NCBI GenBank assembly: GCA_030390025.1
Contig: CM059448.1
Coordinates: 25,544,001-25,608,000 of the forward strand
From: Squalus acanthias
Taxonomy: Eukaryota
Reading direction: 5' to 3'
Length of the DNA: 64,000 nt
The notes under the pieces were generated by a model that was not told where the DNA came from, did not search any database, and saw only the letters and a program-made list of their open reading frames with translations. The position numbers were made by a program, and so were the translations under genes. Below, one piece after another: positions 12,665 through 24,122 of this stretch; the first letter of the stretch is position 1, and each line of letters opens with the position of its first letter.

Positions 12665-13070
12665 CAAAAAAGAAAGACTTCAATTTATAAGCGCCTTTCA
12701 CGACCACCGGATGTCCCAAAGCACTTTACAGCCAATTAAGTACTTTTTGAAGTGTAGTGACTGTTGTAATTTAGGAAACGCACACAGCAAGCTCCCACAA
12801 ACAGCAACATGATAATGACCAGATAATTTTTTTAGTAATGTTGACTCCCCTGCTCTTCTTTGAAATATTGCCATAGGATCATTTACATCCACCTGAGAGA
12901 GCAGACTGGGTTCAACATCTCATCCAAAAGACAGCACCTCCGGCAGTGTAGCACTCCCTCAGTACTGCACTGGCGTGTCAGCCTAGATTTTTGTGCTCAA
13001 GTCTCTGGAGTGGGACTTGAACCCACAACCTTCTGACTCAGAGGCGACCCAACTGAGCCATGGCTGACAC
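12665..13070 (-). mobile_element. DeuSINE, near full length
   Basis: Reverse complement of the 45812 copy, ending aactgagccatggctgacac. Confidence 0.85.
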
Positions 13071-13959
13071 GAGGGAAAGTATCAAGGTGAGACTTTCCAT
13101 GATGTTGGCACCATCAAGATAGATGGAGACAGTGCAATAAACAGTAAGATTCAGGTGGCAGTCCGTCGGGCATATGAAAATAACAAGCAGAAAAAGAGAG
13201 ACCTTGTAGACCTAAGAGTTGTCTAACAGAATTTCAGTCTTGGAGGTGGACAAGGATGGAACAGCAGATGATGGTAACTATGAGCAGGCCGCTGGCAAAG
13301 GGCAACAAGTGCTAACTCAAAGGGAACAGGATGTTATGATCTTGGGTCTTTTGAGAAATAATCATTTTTGGCAGTTAACAAAACGTGCTAGTTCCAAAAG
13401 ACATTCAGCACTCAAAAGGATTAATCTGCGGCGTTGCATTTCTGTGATGTGTGCCAGTGGCAAAACACTTGCTCTGGGTGTTTATTTTTATTGCAGTTCA
13501 CTGCTTTTGTGACTAATTTACTTTGAACAGTCCCCTTTTTGTGAATCTGATTGCATGTTAGCAAATCAAGAAATCAAACTCGCATAAATAGATTATTTTC
13601 AGCTTTCATATCTTATATCACCCTCATGGGTAAGTCCCAAATCCCCATGCCTTCGAGGCTGTCTATCCTAACCTTGAGATCTAGTTAAGCTATCAGTAAT
13701 GGGCCCATCTTAAAGTACAGCAACCCCTGGTAATTATTTTTTAAGCTGCTGGAATGATCTTCCACAGGATCTCTCCCTGGTTTTCGAAAAGTGTTGGAAC
13801 ACCACATCAGATTTTAGGTTTAAAATATTGAGCAAGTTTAGTAAATAAATTAGCAAATAATCTAATACAATTTATATATTTACAGCTGAAAGAATAACTG
13901 CGGTTGAACAATTTAACAATAAAAAATTCTATCAGTACAACAATAGTAATAAGACTGTC

Positions 13960-14730
13960 GGAGAGGAGGTGAGAATATTAAAAGATGCAAATTGTCTTGA
14001 AACTGATAATGAGCACAAGATGGTAAATATTCTGAATGATGACTTCCTCAAAGTACTCCCAAGGGAAGAGATGAACAACATACACTCCCTCAAAAAAAAA
14101 GTACCTAGGCATAATTCAAGACTTCGATATAAATGAGATGGAAGTCCTAGACAAATTGAAAGGACTTAAAATAAATAAATCCCTCGGGTTAGTTGGTATT
14201 TATCCCAGTGTTGAGAGAGGCTAGCGAGTCGATTTTTGAGGCACTGCCAATCATTAGGAGGCAATCAATGGACCACTGGGGAGATATTGGTAGATTGGTA
14301 ACAGACTAATGTGGTGCCCGTATTCAAAAGAGGTAACAAAATAGACACAGGCAACTACAGGCCCATTAGTCTTACTTCAAATCTATGTAAAAGGAATAAA
14401 CTTGAGGATTATCTGTACAACAACTGAGTAAACAGCAGTCAATACAGCTTTAGACAGGAAAAGTCTTGCTGGGCCAACCTCCTCTTTCTTTGAGGAAGTG
14501 ACAACATACGTTGACTGTGATAAACACTACGATGCCGTGCACTTAGACTTCCAAAGGGCATTTGATAAAGTTTCACACAAAAGGTTACTAATTCAGCTCA
14601 AAGCTGTGGGGATTCAGGACAAAACTTGGGTATGAATAAAAAATTGGTTGAAGGATAGAAAATAATAGGTACTTGTAAGAGGGTAATGACTGGCGTGCCC
14701 ACAATCTCTGTGTTGGGACCAGTATATTAC
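13960..14730 (+). mobile_element. CR1 LINE reverse-transcriptase relic
   Basis: Frameshifted motifs NVVPVFKRG, GNYRPISLTS, and DAVHLDFQRAFDKVSH. Confidence 0.85.
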
Positions 14731-15004
14731 AACACTTCAATAAAGTAACACTTAGATTCAAAAATAATTGGCTGCTCGACATTTAACTGAACAAATCACA
14801 CCGTCTGTATTTGTTTAAAAATACCTTGGTTCATTCCCTCAAGCCTACAATTTCAACCAACCTTGTAACATATGTATAGAATTTAGCTAGGACATGGGTT
14901 TGTATTTTTTTTTACTTTAGACTCCTTCTATGCTGACTTGATTTAAAGGGAAGACCACCGAGCCAAAAACAATACTAAATTTCTGTCACGTAGGAAATAA
15001 GATT

Positions 15005-17465
15005 AAAGGTAACATTATTGTTGTAGGAGATTCTATAATAAGAGGAACTGATAGAATCTTCTGCAGGCACAAACTGAAGTCCTGAATGGTATGTTGCTTT
15101 GCAGATGCCAGAGTTTGAGACTTGACTAAACAGGTGGACAAGATCATGTAACGGGAAGGGGAGAAACCAGAGGTAATGGTTCACCTGGGAACCAGCAACA
15201 TAGATAGGTGTAGAACAGTATGATACAAAGGGAACTTCAGGAACTGGGGAACAGATTGAAGAAAAGGACTTTCAGGATAGTAGCCACAAGATTACTCTCC
15301 ATGCCATATACTGGACCTAACGGAGAGGTCAATATATGGCTCAACACATTGGGAGCAATTTTGACAGCCCTGGGGAGGCAGGACTGCCGGAAAATGGCAG
15401 AAACTGGGAGCGGGTACCGAACCTGCTCCCAACCCGCCTCCATGTCATCTTCCCAGGAGGCGGGTCCCCGACTCGCGCAGGGACCCGTCTCCTCGAGGCA
15501 GCGGGAAGGGGATTAGAGCCAATTAACTGCCTGTTAATAGGTAGTTAACAGACAGTTAAGAGGCTTATCCCCATTTTACCCCTACAAGTGCGGGCTTCCC
15601 GACATTGGGAAAGCCCACCAGGGTCAGCGAGGCAAGCAGTGGGTCTGCGGGTTTGAGAGGGATCGAAAAGTCCGCTGTAGAGGTGAGTGATGGGTGCAAG
15701 TGTGGAGAGGTAAGTATGAGAGGTGAGTGTAAAGTGTTAGAAAAAGTTTCCTTACCTTTGCTTCTTCCTGCAGGATTCAACCCTTGGGGATCCGGAGGTG
15801 CCTCATCTCAATGGCAGAGAAGACAGAATGGCTGCTGCATTCTCAGATGCAGCAGCCATCTGATTTCTGCGGAAGAAATAGGTTTTGGTGAGCCTTCAGT
15901 ACAAGGGCTCACCATAGATCAGAGACTGTCAGTGTTTGACAGCTTCTCTAAGCTGTCAAACGCTGACAATTCATCTGTCAAAACATTTTTGACAGATGAA
16001 ACATCATACGCTGACGTCCTCTGTCACCGGCTTTCCCTTAATTGGCCGGTGGCGGGCTTAACAAAGTCAATCAAGGGAAAATAGCGTGGGTTGGCCGGAC
16101 GTCGTTGGGGGCGGGATTGAAACCCGACAACCAGCAGTCACGCCCCCATTGATAAAATCCAGTCCATTGTGTAGGAGGGAAGGTTTCAAATTCTTGGCCA
16201 CTGGGACTACTTTACCTAAACTGACAAGACACATACGTCTTGGCTGATGGGATAAATAAAACAGTTGAAAAGGATTTAAAACTAGGGAAACAGGGGTGAG
16301 GGGGTAACAGTATGGACCAATAACAATGAAAATGTCAGGTGAATAGAGTAAGGATTGATCCAAGATAAATGCCAGGAGCATAAGAAATAAAATGGATGAA
16401 TTAGAAGTGTTGGTAAATAGGGAGCTAATAGATAGGAGTTACTGAAACCTGGCGAAAGGAAGGGACAAGTGGGCAACAAATCTGCAGGACCATCTGTGCT
16501 TCTAAAGAACAGAGAAGACAAGAAAGAGAATGGAGTGGGCTGGACAGCACTGTTTATCAGGGAAGGTTCATATGTTGGTGAGAGGAATTAACTAGAAATT
16601 TGCGCAGAGTCCCTGGGTGGATCTGGAAGATAGCAGAAATGTTCATGGATGGAACATGTTGCAAGCCATCACTCAATAAAATGGAGTTGGAGTACTCCTG
16701 GAGGAGGTCACTAAAAAAGATTGGTGCTAAGACTTCAATTGTAATCATGGGGGAGTTCAATCATCCTGATATAGACTGGGATTCACAGTGGGCATCAGGG
16801 AGTTTATTGAAATATTTTAAGAATCTTTCCTTAAACAGCAGGTTAGCGAACCCCCAAGGGGAAAGACAATATTGGATTTGCATCCTAACTTGTAATAAGC
16901 CATGTTGAAATAAGAGAACATTTGTAGGTCAGTGATCATAAAGTTGTTAAGTTTAAGATTGAAATGAGGACAGAACAGATAATAAAAACTATTTAAAACA
17001 TTGAACTTCGAAAGAGCAGGCTCTGAGGAAATGAAATTATGCACAAAAAGGAATAAAATGGGAACTATTTAAAGAGAATGATGTGGAGGGAAATCGGGAG
17101 TGTTTTAAGGAGGTTTTTATGTCTGGTTTATCCCAAAAACAAGCTGAAGACCAAACAGGAGAATGAAATCCACATGGATGGAAAGGCAAGTTGTGCAAGG
17201 CAGAAAGGACAAGTGTATAAAATTCTGAGATGTACAGATAAGGAACAGGATCGGGATAAATATAATATCAAGCAGCGGAAGGTGAGGAAACTGATGAGGG
17301 ATACAAAGAGGAACAGGTGAGAAATACAGTGGAAAATAGAAAGGGCGATCACAATTTTTTGAGTACATCAGGAGCAAGGGAAGGGTTGTTAGTTCATTTA
17401 CCACTGGCTGTTGGAAGGTGATGTCTGAGCACCCAGAAGCGGCAGAATTTCTAAATCAGTAGATC
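15005..17465 (+). mobile_element. CR1 LINE relic: ORF1 SGNH esterase plus ORF2 APE endonuclease
   Basis: IIVVGDSIIRGTD (GDS motif), EVNIWLNTL/CRREGFKF, NARSIRNKMDEL, IGVTETW, IMGEFNHPDIDW; interrupted by the MITE at 15351-16165. Confidence 0.85.
15351..16165 (-). mobile_element. Family B MITE inserted into CR1 ORF1
   Basis: ATT|GGGAGCAATTTT...AAAATCCAGTCC|ATT. Removing the element and one ATT restores the CR1 frame (NTLCRREGF). Confidence 0.9.
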
Positions 17466-18834
17466 CCGTGTCATGTTGTACACAGTAAATCGGAGACTAT
17501 GGACACCCTCTTACCTGTCTCTGATGTCTTTGTGTTGCTGATTCTCTGTCTGTCTTCTTCTACTTCTGGCTCGCTTTCTCTTTTCTGCTACTTCTCTCTT
17601 CTTTTTTTTTCTTTCCCTTTGGGTGGGAGGTGATGGGTGGGTAGTGTAGTGTGGTGTGGGGTGGGGTGGTAGGGAAAGGAGCCATTAATGACTGGAGGCT
17701 GCATTTGGGGTGGGAGTTTCTGGGAAATGTAGCCCTAAGCGGTTGCCTTCCCATTCCCACCCCCCAATCACCTCTGCTTCCCTCTACCCAATTGTCCCCA
17801 TCATGGCCCCTATAACTTTACCATCACCTACCGACTGCCTGTTCCCTTTCCGACATACCCTTCAGTCCTTTCACTATCACTAACTCTTCCCCTTTGAACT
17901 ACCCATGCAATCCTTGTATCGCCCCTCTCCATTGCTCCACGATGACTCACCTCACTCATAACCCTGCATCTACTCTTCACCACTCCTACTCGTTCCCCTG
18001 AAGTGTAGGTGTACCCTCACCCTTAACACGTTTTCCCCCTACCACCCTCTCCTACCTCCCTTCCTATCTGTTTCCCCAGAGGTTTTGTTTGCTTTCAAAA
18101 TTCAACTTTTCTAAGAAATTAAATTGGAATAAAGGGGACAATCTGCCTGTCTGCCTTGCTCTTTATTTGTGTCTTTCTTTCTGTATTTCTTCTCTTTCTC
18201 CCTTTGTCTCATAGTGATAGAAATTAGAATCTCTTACAGCTGTATGTGATTAACAATCACCTTTTCTGTCAACAAAACACAAGTGAGATAATTAGTTGGG
18301 TTCAAAGTTTGACTGGTAAATTTTTGAAAATTGAACTAACATTACCTGAAGTAAAAGGCTCTTTCTCATTCTTTCCCACACCTCCAGTCTCTCTCTCATC
18401 CATCTCTGACCCCAGTGTCTCTCTTTCTCCCTCTCTCCAGTGGTCCCCCTTCCCCTTCAGATTAAGACACTTTATCAGAACACAAATCAAAAGCTACAAC
18501 TGGTGTGTCATCAGAATACTGTCGCTTTTTCTCCTCTCTCTATTTCCCCCCAGACATAGCCTCGCTATTACTCAAATAAATTTTACTTCACTAAAACTTG
18601 AAACTTGTCCTCTTGCTTTTCAAAATTGTTTGGAAAAAAAACTATGGGGCAGAAAGTACTAGGTATTAAAATATTTTCGAGCATTACAGCTGACTTAATA
18701 GTGCTGAAGTATCGTAGGAAATTAAGTACACTTCACGTGCTTGGACATTAGAAATTTCAGTTACTGTAAGCAAATGGGAACTGAAAATTTTTCTGAAAGC
18801 ATTTTGAGCTTTTGTGGGCACCTGTTGACCAGAT

Positions 18835-19172
18835 TGCTCAATCTTGGGGTAATATGAGCCCTGCTTTTGACCCCCATAGCTTTTTGAGGGAGCAAGGTGC
18901 AGATTTCCACTACCATTTGTGTGAAAAAGTGGTTCATGAGTTCACTGCTAAATGACTTAGCTCTGATTTTAACATTATGCCGCCTTGTTCTGATTTCCCC
19001 CACCAGAGGAAATAGTCTCTCTCTATCCACTAAATCGAATCCCCTTATCACTTTAAAACCCTTGATTAGATCACCCCTCAACCTTCTAAACTCAAGGGAA
19101 TACAAGCCAAGTTTATGCAATCAGTCCTCATAATTTAATCCCTTAAACCCTGGTATCATTCTGGTGAATCTG
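18835..19172 (-). mobile_element. CR1 LINE 3' fragment
   Basis: KLGLYSLEFRRLRGDLI...FFTQMVV: CR1 ORF2 C-terminus. Confidence 0.85.
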
Positions 19173-19512
19173 CAAGGTTCACAAGGTGTGTGCACAGGGA
19201 ATGGTGAAGTATTAGACTGGTCCTTAAATTCTGCATTCTCATCCTGTCGATTCAGATCCATTTTGTTTCAGCTCCAAAGTCATGTTTAGGCCACAGGTGC
19301 TCCTTCACCTTCTAAGCAAAAACTCACTCTGTCGATATCTCACTCAGTTAGCCTTCTGCTGCTTCAGGCTAATACCACGTTGTGTTAAAATTTGCATTCC
19401 ATTTTTTCCTCATCAAAGCACACGTTGGGATTTGTTCCGAATGTGACTGGGGTTTGAGAAATTTCACTGAGAATCCGTTGAGCTCAGTATCAGGCTGCTG
19501 AGGCTCAAACCC

Positions 19513-19775
19513 TGGGGTTGCCAACTCTTGATGGACGTGTTCCTGGAGGGTTCATCACTTGACCTCACACCTCCAACCACCTACCCAGTCAAATAGCCAT
19601 TTCCCCCCATCGCCATCATTTTTTTATAATTAATAAATGAAAGTGTTAATAAAAATGAAAAAAAACCTTTCTTTTAGTGTCCCTATGATGTTTCTCCTGG
19701 GTTGCTCGCAGCAGTGTCCAGGAGATTAATCTTTAATTCCTGGAGACTCCAGTGCCTGGAGGGTTGGCGATCCTA
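19513..19775. mobile_element. hAT-type MITE
   Basis: TIR TGGGGTTGCCAAC...GTTGGCGATCCTA; 8-bp flanks TCAAACCC/TCAAAACC (7/8); second, inverted copy at 62393. Confidence 0.75.
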
Positions 19776-19941
19776 TCAAAACCTGGTGCTTCATTGGTGC
19801 CCAACAGGCATAGTCCACTCGGACTATATCAACAGATCAATTCAGCAATTGAATATTCCACCGATCGCTCAGATATTCAGCCATTAAACTACCATTAAAA
19901 TAGTGCCGCTTCCAGGTTAGATGCATATTCAGTGTTGTGAG

Positions 19942-20262
19942 AGAAAGAAAGAAAGACTTGCATTTATATAGCGCCTTTCACGACCACCGGACGTCTCAAA
20001 GCGCTTTACAGTCAATGAAGTACTTTTGAAGTGGAGTCACTGTTGTAATGTGGGAAACGCGGCAGCCAATTTGCGCACAGCAAGCTCCCACAAACAGCAG
20101 CGTGATAATGACCAGATAATCTGTTTTTGTTATGTTGGTTGATGGATAAATATTGGTCGGGACACCGGGGATAAATCCCCTACTCTTCTTCGATATAGTG
20201 CCATGGGATCTTTTACGAGAGAGCAGACGGGGCCTCGGTTTAACGTCTCATCCGAAAGACGG
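19942..20262 (-). mobile_element. DeuSINE (5'-truncated, CpG-rich so probably young)
   Basis: (gaaa)n tail and Deu core; retains CpGs. Confidence 0.85.
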
Positions 20263-22389
20263 ATGTGCGTGGTCATGTGTAAATGTTTAGTTGAATGAAG
20301 ATGACGTGAATTAATACATATGTCAACAGACCAGCCAATAAAGAATGAAAGCTTATTTCACTGCACTGTTAATGCAAGAGTGCCATTGATCTTGTTTAGA
20401 CTAGGATGTGAATTCCAAATCAGATAGATATATTTACAGTTAGTTGGTTTAATGACAAGCCCATTTATCAAATGATTTTAATTTCTATTCATTAACATTT
20501 CTCACTGATAATAATCACAGTACATGGTGATGCTGTGATTCTTTTTTAGCTACAGATGTTCCAATTTCCAGTGACCTTTGGTAACAATAGAAAGTCCTAC
20601 CACCGACAAGTGGTTGAATGAGAACTGCAACTGCTGTTTTTGCCAGGTAAACAGAAATAGCTACTGTTCCCTTGTACTGTTGTGACTGCGTGCAGAAATT
20701 CAGGGCTCGGGGGAATAATCTGCTGCTTGCCCTAACAGAAGTTGCAAATGTAGAAAAGCTACACTGATGAAAGTAGCTGTCAAATTAGAGAGACTGGAAG
20801 TTGTAGTATGTATTGTTATGAGAAATAATGCTGCTCAAGTTCACACCACCATGACCCAGCCCCATCCGTCTTTCTCAGTTTACATTTTAATTGGCTTGTA
20901 GTTACGTTTTTAAAACATTGGGAGACTGCTGACATACACACACTGTAATGCCATCTGAATAATTGATGGCGCTGGCTGGGACAGGGTTTTGCATGCTTGC
21001 ATTGAGAACAGGATGGAAGAATACAGTAAGACACTGCAAGTCGGTGTTAAATGGTTCTTCTGCTGCAACAAATCTCTCGAGTGGGCTTGCAGGGCAAACA
21101 CTGCCTTTTTGCATGTACTCAGCGTTGTTGTGAATGATTGTTTTAAAAGACTGGTGTGTTTCGCCTGTTCAAATTTGCAGCTGATTTCTGTTAAAATCAA
21201 GTTGATTTTTCTGACTAAAATGTGGAAAAGTGGGGGGGGGGGGGGGGAACCATGGCCACCATTAGCGCATCTGTTTATTGCGTTGGGCTTTTCTATAGAT
21301 GTTAACTTGTTTTTTTTTTAATTGGTTCTAGTGGATTCTCCTTTATTTGGGCGGGGAAAGCTGAAGCATTTTGTTCATCCCCAGACGTAAAGTCCCCTTG
21401 GATCACTCGATGCCAGGGGAACAGTTTGCATTTACAGGGAGCTTTCGTACCATTTTAAATAAGTGTGTCAAAATTCATGTGTGGAGAGAGGATTGATTTA
21501 ACTGGAATGGTTCCCTAATTTTCTTTTGAGTCATTTAATGGCTGGTCATTTTCTTGCTGTTTTCTTTCATCTTAAAAAGCAGATGGCAGTTCTTCATTTT
21601 AGGACGAGTGAAAGAATTCCGATCTACAGTCTCGTGTCTTAGGAACCAGCCTGAGACATTGAAGGCTTGTTTCACGTAGGACCTTTTACATCTATCTCTT
21701 GGAGAGATGAGCCTTTCATCTCGTCTGTCTCACTTTGGTTTGAACTCGGATCCCAAAGCTGAAAGGACAAATTGCCCCATGCTGTTTTTTGGCGGTTCCA
21801 GATTCACACAAGACACCAAGAGCACTACATATTGCTTGATGTCTAAACCCCTGTGCTGAAAGCTTGTCTTCCTTCACTGTGGTGAAACGTTTCAACTTCG
21901 GATTGTAGAATATTTAGTGTCTTTAACAATACCTCTCTCAATGCGACCACTGCTACAGTGTGGCAAATGGTGTAACAAAGTCTCACGGCTTGTTCACTCT
22001 GTTGGGATTAGAAACTCACGACCAGTTTATTTGCATTTCTTTGAACATAATTTCATTTCCCCTCCTCCGTCCCAGCATAAACTTTGCATTCCTCTGTCTC
22101 AGCTTTATTTTAAAGAAAGATCTTGCATTTATATAGGACCTTTTAAGTCCGCGCAATGTCCCAAATTGCTTTACAACCATGAGAATTACAAATACATTCT
22201 CAGCAAGCATAAGGAAATGATGGCGGACACGAAAGATCCCAATTGTGACCTGATGATCATCAAGCGACCTGGGGCAGCAAATATACTTAAGTGCCAATTT
22301 GTGAATGAGTGGTTTTGCGCACCGCAAATTTAAAGGAAAACAAGGCACCCTTTTACCATGCCATCTCAAGCTAGGTGTTTCATTTTCTT

Positions 22390-22600
22390 CTCTTTCACAT
22401 TGCCTTCTAATACTTCATCCACAACCGATGTTAGTTCCCAGGGTTATCCCCTATACCCCTTTTTAAAGATTGTTGTCATGCCAGCTACTTTCCAGTCCTC
22501 CAGCATTACTCCCATTTCTAATGGTCGTCCAAAGGTAATAGTAAAAGTGTGATCAATTTCATCAGCCACATCTTTTGGTACCCTTTGTAAGATATCTGCC
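22390..22600 (-). mobile_element. CR1 RT fragment
   Basis: Minus strand reads EDWKVAGMTTIFKKGYRDNPGN, the CR1 RT-proximal motif. Confidence 0.65.
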
Positions 22601-23621
22601 TCTTTAAGTTGCTGCAGGCCTTTAAACCCTGCAGCAGTACCTGGCTTCTAAAGGCAAGCTCCCAATGACGAGCATTTTTCATGCTGCGAGCTTGCCTCCA
22701 TTATACAAATGATGTTGACTCTAGAAATAAGCAGAGGGAGTCAGCGGACTAAAGGTCAACGGATGCCGTTCCTGCCTCACCTCATTTCTGGTTGGGTTCG
22801 CGTGCAGTCAGAAAATCTTGGTTTGCAGATCTGCGGATATAGGGCCCAGCTGTTTAGTGCAAGCCCTAATGATTTGTTTCAACCCTCTTCTGTGACAATA
22901 GGATTTTCCATGCCCCTCTAATCATTGTTACCAAAGTAATGTCAATTAGTGTTGAATAAGACAATGTTGCTGTGGGCCTACAGCCACTGAGAAATGGATT
23001 GATTCTGTTAAACATTGGTGATTGGGCATTCATCACATCTGTCATGGATACGGCTTCACTAATGATGGAGTTTATCTGCTTATTGATGCTTTTGCAGGTG
23101 TGATTGTGTGTGCATGTCTGGTCATGAAAACCAACACTCTGAGATCAAAATTGATTAAGATGCAGCCATGTTTCCTGTTGTCAGTTTTCATTATGGATTC
23201 CAATAGCAGAATTCCAAATGTCTTTGCGGATTCTACCACTTCCACACTCGTGACATTTCTTGCAGTAAATGAGACTCAGTCCTCCTTAGCTTTAGGTAAA
23301 GTGGTAATCAACCTGTCCGCACCTTATATTCATATTGAATCACTTTTTGCTGAATGTTATGTATTCCGCTCACCCATTCATTCAAATGTAGTTTGTATGT
23401 CGGAGATGAACAAAGAGAATAGGGACAGTAACTGTAAATTTATATAGAAAACTGCAGTGTGTGGGGGAGCAGCATTATTGGGGTGCTTCAGTTCAGGATT
23501 AAACTTGTCCCGTAGCATATTTAATGTGAACTGTACAGGGAGGAAGAAGAAGGGACCTGTATTTAAATAGTACTGTATTACAACCTCAGGGCATCTCTCA
23601 GCACTTCTTACTCAAGTAATT

Positions 23622-23797
23622 TAAAAAAAATAAAATTATTTGTTTTATTTAAAATTTGAACATTTTATTTACAGTTAATGACATTTACAGAGCTCAGGTC
23701 TCAGCTCTTTGTACAAAGTCACAAGCCATCATTGCCTACAAGGCAGGGGTCCCAGTCTCTTCAAGTTGGTGATGTGATCTCCAAGCTTCTTGCTTAA
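23622..23797 (-). pseudogene. Retroposed ferritin (heavy/middle chain) 3' fragment
   Basis: Minus strand 23791-23750 encodes KKLGDHITNLKRLG (ferritin C-terminal region), followed by UTR-like sequence with AATAAA. Exact 10-bp TSD TCAAGTAATT (23612-23621 and 23798-23807). Confidence 0.8.
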
Positions 23798-23920
23798 TCA
23801 AGTAATTAGTTTTGAAGTATCGTCACTGTTATGTAGGCAAATGTGACAGCCAATTTATTCATGGGAAAGTCCCACAAACAGCAAATGAGATAAATGACCA
23901 ATTAATCATTTTTTTGTGAT

Positions 23921-24122
23921 AAAAGTAGAAAATACTGAAAATACTCAGCAGGTCAGGCAGCATCTGTGGAGAGAGAAACAGAGTTAACATTTCAGGTCAT
24001 CGACCTGAAACGTTAACTCTGTTTCTCTCTCCACACATGCTGCCTGACCTGCTGAGTATTTACAGGAATTTTTCTTTTTATTTCAGATTTCCAGCATCCG
24101 CAGTATTTTGCTTTTGTATTTC
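23921..24122. mobile_element. Foldback (inverted) Penelope-like terminal-repeat element
   Basis: Arms of ~75 bp centred on tttcAGGTC-ATC-GACCTgaaa; TSD TTTTGTGAT (23912-23920 and 24123-24131). Confidence 0.8.

Noticed and set aside
17470-18200. Pyrimidine-rich and G/T-rich low-complexity stretch
   Set aside because: I could not resolve a repeat unit, termini or coding signal.
20550-20646. Possible extra exon (ttttttAG...CAG|GTAAAC)
   Set aside because: All three plus-strand frames contain stops and there is no AUTS2-family similarity. It could only be a non-coding or poison exon, which sequence alone cannot support.
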